This document shows positions 25,575 to 35,346 of a stretch of 64,000 nt of DNA, piece by piece. This DNA comes from Chrysomallon squamiferum. Taxonomy: Eukaryota > Animalia > Mollusca. Numbering within the stretch: the first letter of the stretch is position 1; each line of letters opens with the position of its first letter. The stretch spans positions 16,554,001 through 16,618,000 of the forward strand of contig CM022676.1 of assembly GCA_012295275.1 (NCBI GenBank), written 5' to 3'. The position numbers and the translations under genes are program-made. The notes beneath the pieces are model-generated. The model saw nothing but the letters and a program-made list of their open reading frames with translations. It was not told the origin of the DNA and did not search any database.

Positions 25575-28095
25575 TAATGAAAACAAAATTAAAGGTATTT
25601 TTTTTATCAATTACTATTATTTAATATAACAAATGTTGTCATATTTTTTACCAGGTGATATCATAGTATTTTCTGTTTGTTTTTTTGTGTTCGCTATTTC
25701 AATATCTGTAATATTTTTGTTTTTAGGAAATGGAAAAGATGAACATGTGCATGAAACAAGGTAACACTGACTCATAGTAGGAATTAATATACTTTATTAG
25801 TTTTGTAACAGTGTATGTGTTGATGAATATGTTTTCATGTATAACAGTGACTGTACATTTTATTGCTTATAAAAAATGAATATATTTATTATGGAAACGA
25901 AACGTTAAGATTTTCCTGATAAAATATCCTATCATGTTTTAATGTCAAAGGTGTTACTTTCCAGGCGGTTATTTTTGTGTTGAAATGAAACTTTTTGTTC
26001 TAAATAACGAACACGGTTCAGAGTTTCTATAACCAGTGAATCTGTAACAGTAAGTAATTCCCGATTGATGTCCCAAATATTTCTGTGTAGTAGCCTCTGG
26101 TTTACTGATGATCAAGGGAGAGATGACACATTCTGGTCTGGACGTAGGTTCTCTCTCTCGAGGCAACGCTGGGCTGTCGTCGTCAATCTTAGTGAATTTT
26201 ACACCACGTATCTTAAATATGTTGATTGATTAATACATCTTTCTCTGAAGTGAGAAAACTGATCCTTGCAGATCAAGAATGTGTTATACTAAACATTTAT
26301 AACCATATTCTGTAATGGTAATCTACCAGTAGGGGATTTTTCTGATATGATGTTTGCTGCTTTCAAAGTCCAATCTTGACCACCCAGTTTTCATTAAGAG
26401 AGTGAACGAAGCGGTGCATCACAAGTTAGATCCCGGTTTTCTGTTCAGACGATCCGCTTGTCTTGTAGCTGAATCCAATATCTTGTATCTATTTGTTTCT
26501 CTGTGTATGTGTGTATATATTTATATCTATCTGTGATGTGTGTATATATTTATATCTATCTGTGATGTGTGTATATGTCGCTGTGTGATGTATGCTTTTC
26601 TTTCTGTGTGTATGTGATATGTATATGTCGTCTGCCTCTGTGCCCCTCTTTGTCGTGTTTCACACAGAAAGAAAGCAATATCACATAAAATGACGAAATA
26701 CAATGACTGACACTTCGGTAGACACCGTGAAGAATGAGTGATTACATTTATTTCATGTATCGTTATTCATAGAAATAATGCAGATATAACCGAGATATTT
26801 TAATTAGTTGTCTGATACTGTTTCCTTTATGTATGTATTATATATGTAAATATTTATGTATGTTATGTCATTATCCTACAATTCACAGTTACAATATTCA
26901 GCAATTTACTTTTACTTAGATATTGATTTAGTTTGTTATATATGTTTTTTTCTCTGTGTTTCTTATGTGTATCTTATTTTAATTGCTTAATCAATAACGG
27001 AATTGTTCTTATTATTGTTTTTGTTATTGCTCTTTTTGTTATTATTACCATTATTACACAGAAATCACTTAATCTTTAATTGTGAGTAGTCTATAAATGT
27101 TATTATTAAAACTGAAAAATCTACCACTTAGAACATGTGTCTCTTTCAAATCACAGGAACGTTTCAGAACCGCAGGGTCTAAAGTACGACAATCTTGCTT
27201 TTGAGCCTGGTAAGTGCAATATTTTCTAAATGTTTATGTGAAGACTTACTTTATTGAAAGCGGTTTAAATTCTGCTCGTTCACATATTAAGACGTCTGTG
27301 GTGTCCATCAGGAAAGGATGAATGAACCTACGAAAGGAAGTGATCAGTGAACAAGAAAAGAAAGGAGTATGAAAGAGAAAGGTGAAAAGTAATAATGAAC
27401 TATTAATAATATAAAAAAAGTTATCTTTTATATGCTGGGCTAAGAACGGGTGAGGTTATATTGCATAACGCTAAAGGGATAACAGAACTAATTTATATTA
27501 TCTGCTCAGATGTGCATATATACAGCTTGGCATTTATCTGTGATAAATATAGAGTATTTGTAAATTAATATTTTTACTTTTTACTTATTCTTCAATAATC
27601 TGGGTTTTATATTATCTCCTCAGATATGCAAAGTGTAATATTTTTGTTTGATAATTACAGAGCGTTTATAAACTAATAGTTGTGCAGTATGACAAGTTGT
27701 TTTATAAGCACCATAGACTAATTGCTATCTTTATAGCTGTGCAATTTAGAATCTGGTGATGTTAGCCTGTATATAGCGTTTGATATTATTTTCTCTCTAT
27801 CACTTCTGTTTTTTATTTTTATTTATTGTTTTTTATGTGCGTGTGTGCGTTTGTGCATGTGTGTGTGTGTATGTATGAATGTACATATATATATAACTTA
27901 TTTAATAATCTTATTTTTTTCTTTGTTTCTTCTACGTTTAACTGTTGATGTATGACATACTGTTTTTGAAACGGAACATAAATATGTATGTATGTTTTGT
28001 TACTTCTTGTAGGGAGCAGTGTAGAAGAGAGTTTGTCAAATAAACAGAATCAGCATGAAGTACGTGGTGTCGATGACAATGGGCCAAAACATTAA
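10197..28095 (+). CDS. Multi-exon type I membrane receptor: (SRCR)x3-(Ig-Ig-FN3)x3-TM-cytoplasmic tail; signal exon of this copy not in the contig
   Basis: 19 exons with AG/GT boundaries and compatible phases join into one open frame ending in TAA 28093-28095; about 1262 aa if a signal exon like 44028-44085 is added. Confidence 0.88.
11191..11360 (+). CDS. SRCR1 exon B
   Basis: gaag|GTTTAGT...CAAT|gtcagt, 170 nt, phase 2 to 1; [47 protein letters not shown]; A+B give 6 Cys over two exons, the group-A SRCR pattern. Confidence 0.95.
12197..12276 (+). pseudogene. Truncated, diverged SRCR exon A relic
   Basis: tttcag acceptor then [26 protein letters not shown]; breaks off into intron-like sequence before the CDD motif, with no donor at the homologous position. 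Confidence 0.8.
13147..13291 (+). CDS. SRCR2 exon A
   Basis: 145 nt, AG/GT; [35 protein letters not shown]. Confidence 0.95.
14051..14220 (+). CDS. SRCR2 exon B
   Basis: 170 nt, AG/GT; ends [17 protein letters not shown]. Confidence 0.95.
15021..15100 (+). pseudogene. Second copy of the truncated SRCR exon A relic
   Basis: Same sequence as 12197-12276, carried inside the ~2.8-kb SRCR duplication unit. Confidence 0.8.
15979..16123 (+). CDS. SRCR3 exon A
   Basis: 145 nt, AG/GT; [18 protein letters not shown]. Confidence 0.95.
16859..17028 (+). CDS. SRCR3 exon B
   Basis: 170 nt, AG/GT; [25 protein letters not shown]...[14 protein letters not shown]. Confidence 0.95.
17672..17926 (+). CDS. 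Ig-like domain exon (module 1, Ig-a)
   Basis: tttgtag acceptor, 255 nt, gtaagt donor, phase 1-1; [22 protein letters not shown]...FTC. Confidence 0.92.
18522..18800 (+). CDS. Ig-like domain exon (module 1, Ig-b)
   Basis: ttgcag acceptor, 279 nt, phase 1-1; [11 protein letters not shown]...DTGFYTC (D-x-G-x-Y-x-C Ig signature). Confidence 0.93.
18971..19270 (+). CDS. Fibronectin type III exon (module 1)
   Basis: 300 nt, phase 1-1; PSNV...ISVSW...FNGG..QTFIVQY...[16 protein letters not shown]. Confidence 0.93.
19992..20246 (+). CDS. Ig-like exon (module 2, Ig-a)
   Basis: 255 nt, AG/GT; [10 protein letters not shown]...[14 protein letters not shown]. Confidence 0.92.
21196..21474 (+). CDS. Ig-like exon (module 2, Ig-b)
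   Basis: 279 nt, AG/GT; LRCEVDSNP...DTGFYTC. Confidence 0.93.
21687..21986 (+). CDS. FN3 exon (module 2)
   Basis: 300 nt, AG/GT; TPSLPSNV...VSW...YLVRILAYN. Confidence 0.93.
22720..22974 (+). CDS. Ig-like exon (module 3, Ig-a)
   Basis: 255 nt, AG/GT; paralogue of 17672-17926. Confidence 0.92.
23572..23850 (+). CDS. Ig-like exon (module 3, Ig-b)
   Basis: 279 nt, AG/GT; paralogue of 18522-18800. Confidence 0.93.
24021..24320 (+). CDS. FN3 exon (module 3)
   Basis: 300 nt, AG/GT; contains canonical FN3 LKPDTKY. Confidence 0.93.
25181..25294 (+). CDS. Transmembrane exon
   Basis: tttcag acceptor, 114 nt, phase 1-1; [25 protein letters not shown] followed by basic stop-transfer CRRLRR. Confidence 0.92.
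25727..25760 (+). CDS. Cytoplasmic exon 1 (34 nt)
   Basis: ttttgtttttag|GAAATGG...ACAAG|gtaaca; [12 protein letters not shown]; phase 1 to 2. Confidence 0.75.
27157..27209 (+). CDS. Cytoplasmic exon 2 (53 nt) with tyrosine motif LKYDNL
   Basis: tcacag|GAACG...CCTG|gtaagt; [17 protein letters not shown]; phase 2 to 1 fits the previous exon. Confidence 0.78.
28013..28095 (+). CDS. Probable terminal coding exon
   Basis: ttcttgtag|GGAGC...; [27 protein letters not shown]; an internal gtacgt at 28060 could be an alternative donor. Confidence 0.65.
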
Positions 28096-28444
28096 GATCT
28101 CTTTCTTAATGTGTTTACTTAAAACATCGAAACAACCTATTTTATTACCATTATCACACACAGAGACACACACACACACACACACATACACACACACACA
28201 CACACACTTATACACACAGATATGCATATATATGAACAAATTATATAACACTTATTCACCATTATTGAATTTTATTATTCTCGAAAGCTAGTTAAATATG
28301 TATTTTTTCTTTTCATACAAGAACGTCTTTGGGGACATTTGTTTTTAATGTGGGATTGACATTTGTGTTATGTTTACATTAAGACTATATATGTAATATA
28401 CAGTGTAGGTTAGTATAATATTATATGTGCTACAATTACAGGCT

Positions 28445-28450
28445 AATAAA
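28445..28450 (+). terminator. Candidate polyadenylation signal AATAAA
   Basis: AATAAA about 350 nt after the stop; weak evidence in AT-rich DNA. Confidence 0.3.
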
Positions 28451-28842
28451 ATTGTGACTAACTGGGTATAGTATGATTCTAATTAAACTCATTTTATTAG
28501 TAATAATAAGAAAGTAAAATAGATAAACAAGACACTAACTATATGTTACTATTACAATCAGTAATGATGTAGCTACACATTTTCCTCACTGTGTTATGAA
28601 GTATGTATCTGAGTACAACATCTTCAGTTAAGATATAACCAGAACATAAAACTACATAAATATCTATAACAAATAAAATATAACTATAAAACAATAATGT
28701 ACAAAAACAAAAATTCAAATGACAGTAGGTGAACATATAAAAATTTGCAACTATATTTATTTTAAAAAAAAACATTATCTGCGAAGTTACATAATTAAGA
28801 AGTGTTTTATCTTTCCTTCAGCTTTTATTTATTTATTTATCA

Positions 28843-28875
<33 letters not shown>

Positions 28876-30146
28876 TATTTTTAAAATTTAAATAGCTATT
28901 TCAGTTTCCTCTGAAAATACTGTTTCAGTATTAGTCGATAAGTTACATAAATTATAATTCGACATAAACGTGTATACATATTTTTGATATTGAAATATAT
29001 TTCGATTTGTCTGGTATACCGTTTCTCGCATTTGACAATATAGCATCATTACTTTTAAACACATAACGATAGTCATCTCCAAATTTGTCAACATTAAGAA
29101 TATGACATTTTCTCTTTTCTCTTACAATATTAAATCGGTTTTAATAGCAGGTTTAACATTACAGTTCTAATTTGACGTAAGACATGAACATTCACTTGAG
29201 CATTGCTATTCTCTAGGGCAATTAGTTTTGATTGATTTCCCTTTTTAGTGATGTATGTTAAAGTGTTTTACTAACATGAGCTATAACGTACAAAAAGTGC
29301 AAACTAACGGACAATTACAACACTCTTGCTAATAGAGGAAGGTGTTCCAGGAAATTCTAGATTTTTTCAACTTTGAATATTTCGCGGTATTTTTGTAATT
29401 CATCATGATGTGGAACAGTTAAATAATTAATCAGGGTAAAACGTACTATTATTTTTGGTATCAAATTGTTGATCCACCTTTGTCGTTCTATTCGCGCTAT
29501 TTTTAGACTGTCGCACTTAAAAGCATCGCTTCAAAGTAGGTCGCACTTTTATTCCTACCGCTCAAAATGTCATAGCAAACAGTTACACAATTTCATGTGG
29601 AGTCTTACTATTAAATATATATTTGTAAAACCTCGTAATTTCGCAACTATAGTTATTTCCTCGGCTGAAGAAAGGTTTGTGGAATCTGTGATTAATGGCT
29701 TCTTGGCTTTGAGAGTGCAATTCCTCTTTTGTTGTCACGTGATAAGGCACAAATTCATTAACATTGTCATTAAGAAGCAACAATCTTCTTAGACAAATAA
29801 TCATACGAACTTCGAAACTTTAAGTGAACTGTCTAACACAACTTTGAAATTGTGTTACGTTCTTTTGTATCAACACATTTTTATATTTATTTAGTTTTAT
29901 TTATTTATTTATAAAAAAAATAAATAAAAAAACAAACAATAAAGAAACAACAACAACAAAACAACAGACTCTTAATAACGCGTGACTAAGAACTCAAAAT
30001 CACCCATTCAGCGATGATGTTATTTGTGATATTATCAATCGGTACAGTTTGTGTCAAACAATCGCAGAACGCGACTAAGAAGGGTTTGATATTTATTAGC
30101 ACTCAACATGGTATCATATACTTCTGTACATGTGAGCTAAAAAAGA

Positions 30147-30192
<46 letters not shown>

Positions 30193-30709
30193 TTTAAATG
30201 TCATATCAGTATTTTATGTACATTGTGAAAATATATTAAATGGATTTGAGCAAGAACACTGTAATGTTTTGAACCTAAAATGTACATACTGATGCCATCG
30301 TATCCAGAACATTTTCCCTTGGGACAAATATAGATAGCCTATTACCGTTTTCCCCCGTTTGAACACATAAACACCAACAGACATCCTGTTTTCATACACT
30401 TATCCTTAAATAGAGATAATAGTCTTCTTCTTTTTTCGAAAATGTGTTTGTTTATAGGTAAAACTTCAGCGAGTGGACCAGCTAAACTTTTCTTGGTTAA
30501 TTTGGATATTTTTGCTGGTTTCTTAATTTTAATCTTCACACGCCAATATCAGCAATAGATATCAGAATGTAAGAGAGAAAAATATAAAACTTACTCTTGT
30601 TTTTCGAAATATACAGTGAAAGTTCAAAGACATTTCATTCTAAAGAGGCATGATAAATTTAAAAAAAAGAAATTAAAAATTAAAAATATGATTTTAAATG
30701 TGTAATATA

Positions 30710-32830
30710 GGTTTAAACAAAACATAGTATTAGAAATAATTATACAGTGTAATTAGAAATAAAGAATGAAACTACAAAAAAAACATCAACATTTTATTGT
30801 AAATAGAGAGATTATAACTGTGGATAAACCACACAATTAGCAACATACAATATAACTAAACAAAAACGTATTGTTAGAAATATACAGTGTAACTTTAAAC
30901 ATGAACTTTTTCCACTGAAAATATACGCTCCGTATTTAATAAGAAGATTTTAGAATAGATATACAGTTAAAATTTAAACAAAAAACATATATCTGGAAAT
31001 AAAAACGTTCATTTAGAAATATACAGTTGAGCTTTTAACGGAAATGTATTATTATAAATAAACCATCTAACTTTAAACAAAACTGTTTTACTGGAAACAT
31101 ACAGCGTAAAGCGTGTTAATATAATTATACAGTGCAATTTTGAACAGAATCGTGTTAGAAATATACAGTGTAACAAAACAAAACTTTTTTATTACAAATT
31201 ATACACGTTAGTTTTAAAAGAAAACGTATTATTAGGAAATATAGAGTGGAATTTTTAACAAAAACGTCTTATTACGAATATATATGGAGTAATTTTAAAC
31301 AAAAACGTATTATTAGAACATATACAGGGTAACTTTAAATAAAAATGTATTATTAGAAAACATACTGGATAACTTTATACAAAACGCAGATTATTGGAAG
31401 ATATGCAGAGTAACTTTAACTAAACAGGTACTAATAGAAATGCAGTGAATTTTTAAACAAAAACGTATTATTAAAACAAATACAGGACAACATTAAACAA
31501 AAACGTATACTTAGAAATATACAGAGAAACTTTAAACAAAGACGTATTATTAGGAAACATAGAGATAACCTTAAAAAAAAAAAAACGTATTATCAGAACA
31601 TACACAGGGTAACATTAAACACAAACGTATTAATAGAAATAAGCAGTGTAAATTTAAACAAAAATACATTATTATAAATATACAGGGAAACTTTAAACAA
31701 AAACGTATTTTTATAAACATACAATGAAACTTAAAACCAAAACGAATTAATAGAAAATATGCAGGGTAACTTTAAACAAAACACATTATTAGAAATACAC
31801 AGTGACACTTTAAACAAAGACGTATTATTAGAAAATAAGCAATGTATTTTTTAACAAAAACACATTATTAGAAATATGTAGTTAAACTTTTAACAAAAAC
31901 GTATTATTAAAAAATATACAGAGTAAATTTAAACAAACACATATTATTAGAAAATATGCAGGGTAACTTCAAACATAAAAGGTATTACTGGAAATATACA
32001 GAATGATTTTAAACAAAACACATATTATTAGAAAATATACAAGGGAACTTTAACTAAAAAGGTATTAATAGAAATATACAGTCAAACTTTTAAAAAGTGT
32101 CTTATTCGGAATATGCAGTGCAAGATTAATTAAAGTATTATTAGATATATACAATGAAATTTAAAAAAAAAAGTTTTTTCTGTCTTTATCAGAAACGTAT
32201 TATTAGAATTATAAAATGTAACATTAATATGTTTATATTTGTGGACATATTATTATTATCATCATCATCATCATCATCATCATTATTATTATTATTATTA
32301 TTATTATTACTACTACTAATATGCAACGTAACTTAAAACAAAATCGTATTACTAAAACTATGCAGAGCTAATCTATCAAAAATGTGTTATCAGATATATA
32401 CTGTTTAACTATAAACAAAAATATGTTACTAGAAATATACAGTGCAATTTTAAACAAAAATGTTTTAGAAATATACACAGTAACCTTAAACAAGAACATG
32501 TTTTCAAAAATATGCACTGTATCTTTAAAAAAAAATGTATTATTAGAAAAATACGGTGTTACTTTATAAAACAAAAAATATTAGAAATATACAGTACAAC
32601 TTTAAAAAACAAAGAAACAAAAAAGTTAGTATTAATAGAAATATGCAATGTACGTTTAAGCAAAAATTAATTATGAGAGATATACAGGGTAACTTTAATG
32701 TGGTATAAAAAGTATTATTAGAAATATACAGTGTAACTTTTAACAGAAAGGTTATATTAGAAATAACCATTATAATTTTAAACAGAAACTTAGAAATGAA
32801 GAAATGCAGTGCATTTTAATCAAAACGTAG
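30710..32830. repeat. ~2.1-kb array of the degenerate ~40-bp repeat, between the convergent 3' ends of the receptor and ZNFX1
   Basis: Roughly 50 units of ctttaaacaaaaacgtattattagaaa(a)tatacag(g/t)g(t/a)aa. Confidence 0.92.
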
Positions 32831-33364
32831 TTATTAAATATGAAGCGCATCTTCAAATGAAAAGCATATTATAAGAAATAATGTGTTCATCACCATCATC
32901 ATCATCAGCAGCAGCAACTGTATGAACATCGTCGTCACCGACATAATCAAAATCGTCTGAATCTTCTCCTCAGTTGCTGTGTCGTTCTTTTTAGGTAGAA
33001 ATTAACCAGGCTGAAATTTTTCACTTTTTCGGTAAAAAAATAAAAAACTTTGAATAACTCTGTAAAATAAGAAATAAAAAAAAATCGTATAAAATGAAAA
33101 AAATAAGATAAAAATAATTTGTCACTAAGTCTCTTTTCTTTTCCTTGTCACAATGTCGTGTGACTGAGAACTGGAAACTGTTTGATTTTTCTTGGATATA
33201 ATCCCTGTCTGTATCTGTTACTCGATAATCCAGTTCTGATGTAATTTTCGGATAATCCGTTTGTCCTCGTACCTGTTTTTATAAACATTGGGTTAAATTC
33301 TATATATATTTAACATAATACGTATATATGTAGTATGACAAAATATGACATCCAAAAGAAATCG

Positions 33365-35030
33365 AGGTTAGTATCTCTGTCTGACGTCCCTGATAATTAT
33401 CTCTGTCTGATTATTTGTTGTCTTTATTCTGTCTGACTATTTCTTTGTCTTTTGACCCTGCTAATTTGTCTGTCTGACGTGCATCTATTTGTCTGTTAGT
33501 GCTGGTCTCCATCTGTTGTATCTCTGTGACATCCATCTGTTGTGAATCTGTTAGTATCTCTCTTTTGACATCCATCTGTTTTCCTTGTCACAATGTCATC
33601 TGTTAGTATCTCTGTCTGATTTAGGCGAATCGAATCTGGATCTCTGTCTGACATCTTAGTATCTCTGTCTGATTTTTCTGGATATAATCCTGTCTGTCTG
33701 TATCTGTTACATCGATAATCCAGTTCTCTGTCTGACGTGCATCTGTTAGTATCTCTGTCTTTCGGATAATCTGTCTGAATTATCTCTGTCGTCCATCTGT
33801 TAGTATCTCTGGTGCATCTGTTAGTATCTCTGTGTTTCTGTCTGAAACGTGCATCTGTTAAACTGTCTGACGGCATCTTTAGTATCTCTGTCTCATCTGT
33901 TAGTATCTCTGGATATCTGTTAGTATCTCTGTCTGACATCCATCTGTTAGTATCTCTGTCTGACGTCCATCTGTTAGTATCTCTGTCTGACGTGCATCTG
34001 TTAGTATCTCTGTCTGACGTAATCTGTTAGTATCTCTGTCTGACGTCCATCTGTTAGTATCTCTGTCTGACGTCCATCTGTTAGTATCTCTGTCTGACAT
34101 CCATCTGTTAGTATCTCTGTCTGACGTCCATCTGTTAGTATCTCTGTCTGACATCCATCTGTATCTCTGTCTGACATCCATCTGTTAGTATCTCTGTCTG
34201 ACATCCATCTGTTAGTATCTCTGTCTGACATCCATCTGTTAGTATCTCTGTCTGACATCCATCTGTTAGTATCTGTCTGACGTGCATCTGTTAGTATCTC
34301 TGTCTGACATCCATCTGTTAGTATCTCTGTCTGACATCCATCTGTTAGTATCTCTGTCTGACATCCATCTGTTAGTATCTCTGTCTGACATCCATCTGTT
34401 AGTATCTCTGTCTGACATCCATCTGTTAGTATCTCTGTCTGACATCCATCTGTTAGTATCTCTGTCTGACATCCATCTGTTAGTATCTCTGTCTGACATC
34501 CATCTGTTAGTATCTCTGTCTGACATCCATCTGTTGTATCTCTGTCTGACATCCATCTGTTAGTATCTCTGTCTGACGTCCATCTGTTAGTATCTCTGTC
34601 TGTCTGACATCCATCTGTTAGTATCTCTGTCTTTATCTCTGTCTGACGTCCATCTGTTAGTATCTCTGTCTGTTGACATCCATCTGCATCCATCTGTTAG
34701 TATCTGTCTGATATCCATCTGTTGTATATCTGTCTGACGTCCATCTGTTAGTATTCTGTCTGACGTCCATCTATCTGATCTCTGTCTGACGTCCATCCAA
34801 AGTTAATATCTCTGTCCATCTGTAGTATCCATCTGTTAGTATCTCTGTCTGACGTCCATCTGTTAGTAAGTTTCTCTGTCTGACGGTTACTGTTAGTATC
34901 TGTGTCTTTTGCCTTTCTTTTAGCATCTCTGTGTGATGCTCTACTGTTTATTCCTATCTGACAAAGTTCTGTTAGTATCTCTCTCCGAAGCCACATTGTT
35001 AGTATTTCCATCTGACGCTTTATTGTTACC
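33365..35030. repeat. 27-bp minisatellite (tctctgtctgac[a/g]tccatctgttagta)n
   Basis: Near-perfect units about 33900-34660, degenerate at both ends; minus strand reads SDRDTNRW(M/T) or QTEILTDG(C/R). Confidence 0.97.
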
Positions 35031-35059
35031 AACTCTTTTGGACCTCATTTCGGAGGACG

Positions 35060-35133
35060 TCACATTTTTTTTTTTCTACTGGAACAGATTTCGCATTCTG
35101 CATTGTTCCCGAAATAGTCAAAATAAATATGAC
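35060..35133 (-). CDS. ZNFX1: Downstream ZNFX1 exon completing a degenerate RZ-type Cys/His finger
   Basis: Donor GCAG|gtgaga at 35346 and acceptor ttttgttttag at 35134 give WLKCQAG|HIYFDYFGNNAECEIC (W-x-K-C-x2-GH-x-Y...C-x2-C); TGA at 35062-35060 after an A11 run. Confidence 0.72.
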
Positions 35134-35346
35134 CTAAAACAAAAATGTGATTCTACAATTGTAATTTTTCACAAGGTGTGAATCAGTTAAAAACAAGATA
35201 TATAAATGTAATAATTTAATAGGAAATATAAAATATTTCGATATTACTAAAATATCATTTGACTTTGTTTTAGATATGTAAATTTAGAGACAGACATTTA
35301 TAAGTTCTTAATTAAAAACAGAGATACACAAATACAGTGTTCTCAC

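Noticed and set aside
32840-32995. Hydrophobic minus-strand frame suggesting a ZNFX1 tail anchor
   Set aside because: Hydrophobicity comes from CAT/CAG triplet runs and there is no supported splice path
33900-34700. CRISPR-like regular repeat
   Set aside because: 27-bp units are head-to-tail with no unique spacers, and the context is eukaryotic with no cas genes
33496-35032. Several long ORFs on both strands as independent genes
   Set aside because: They are the stop-free frames of the 27-bp minisatellite
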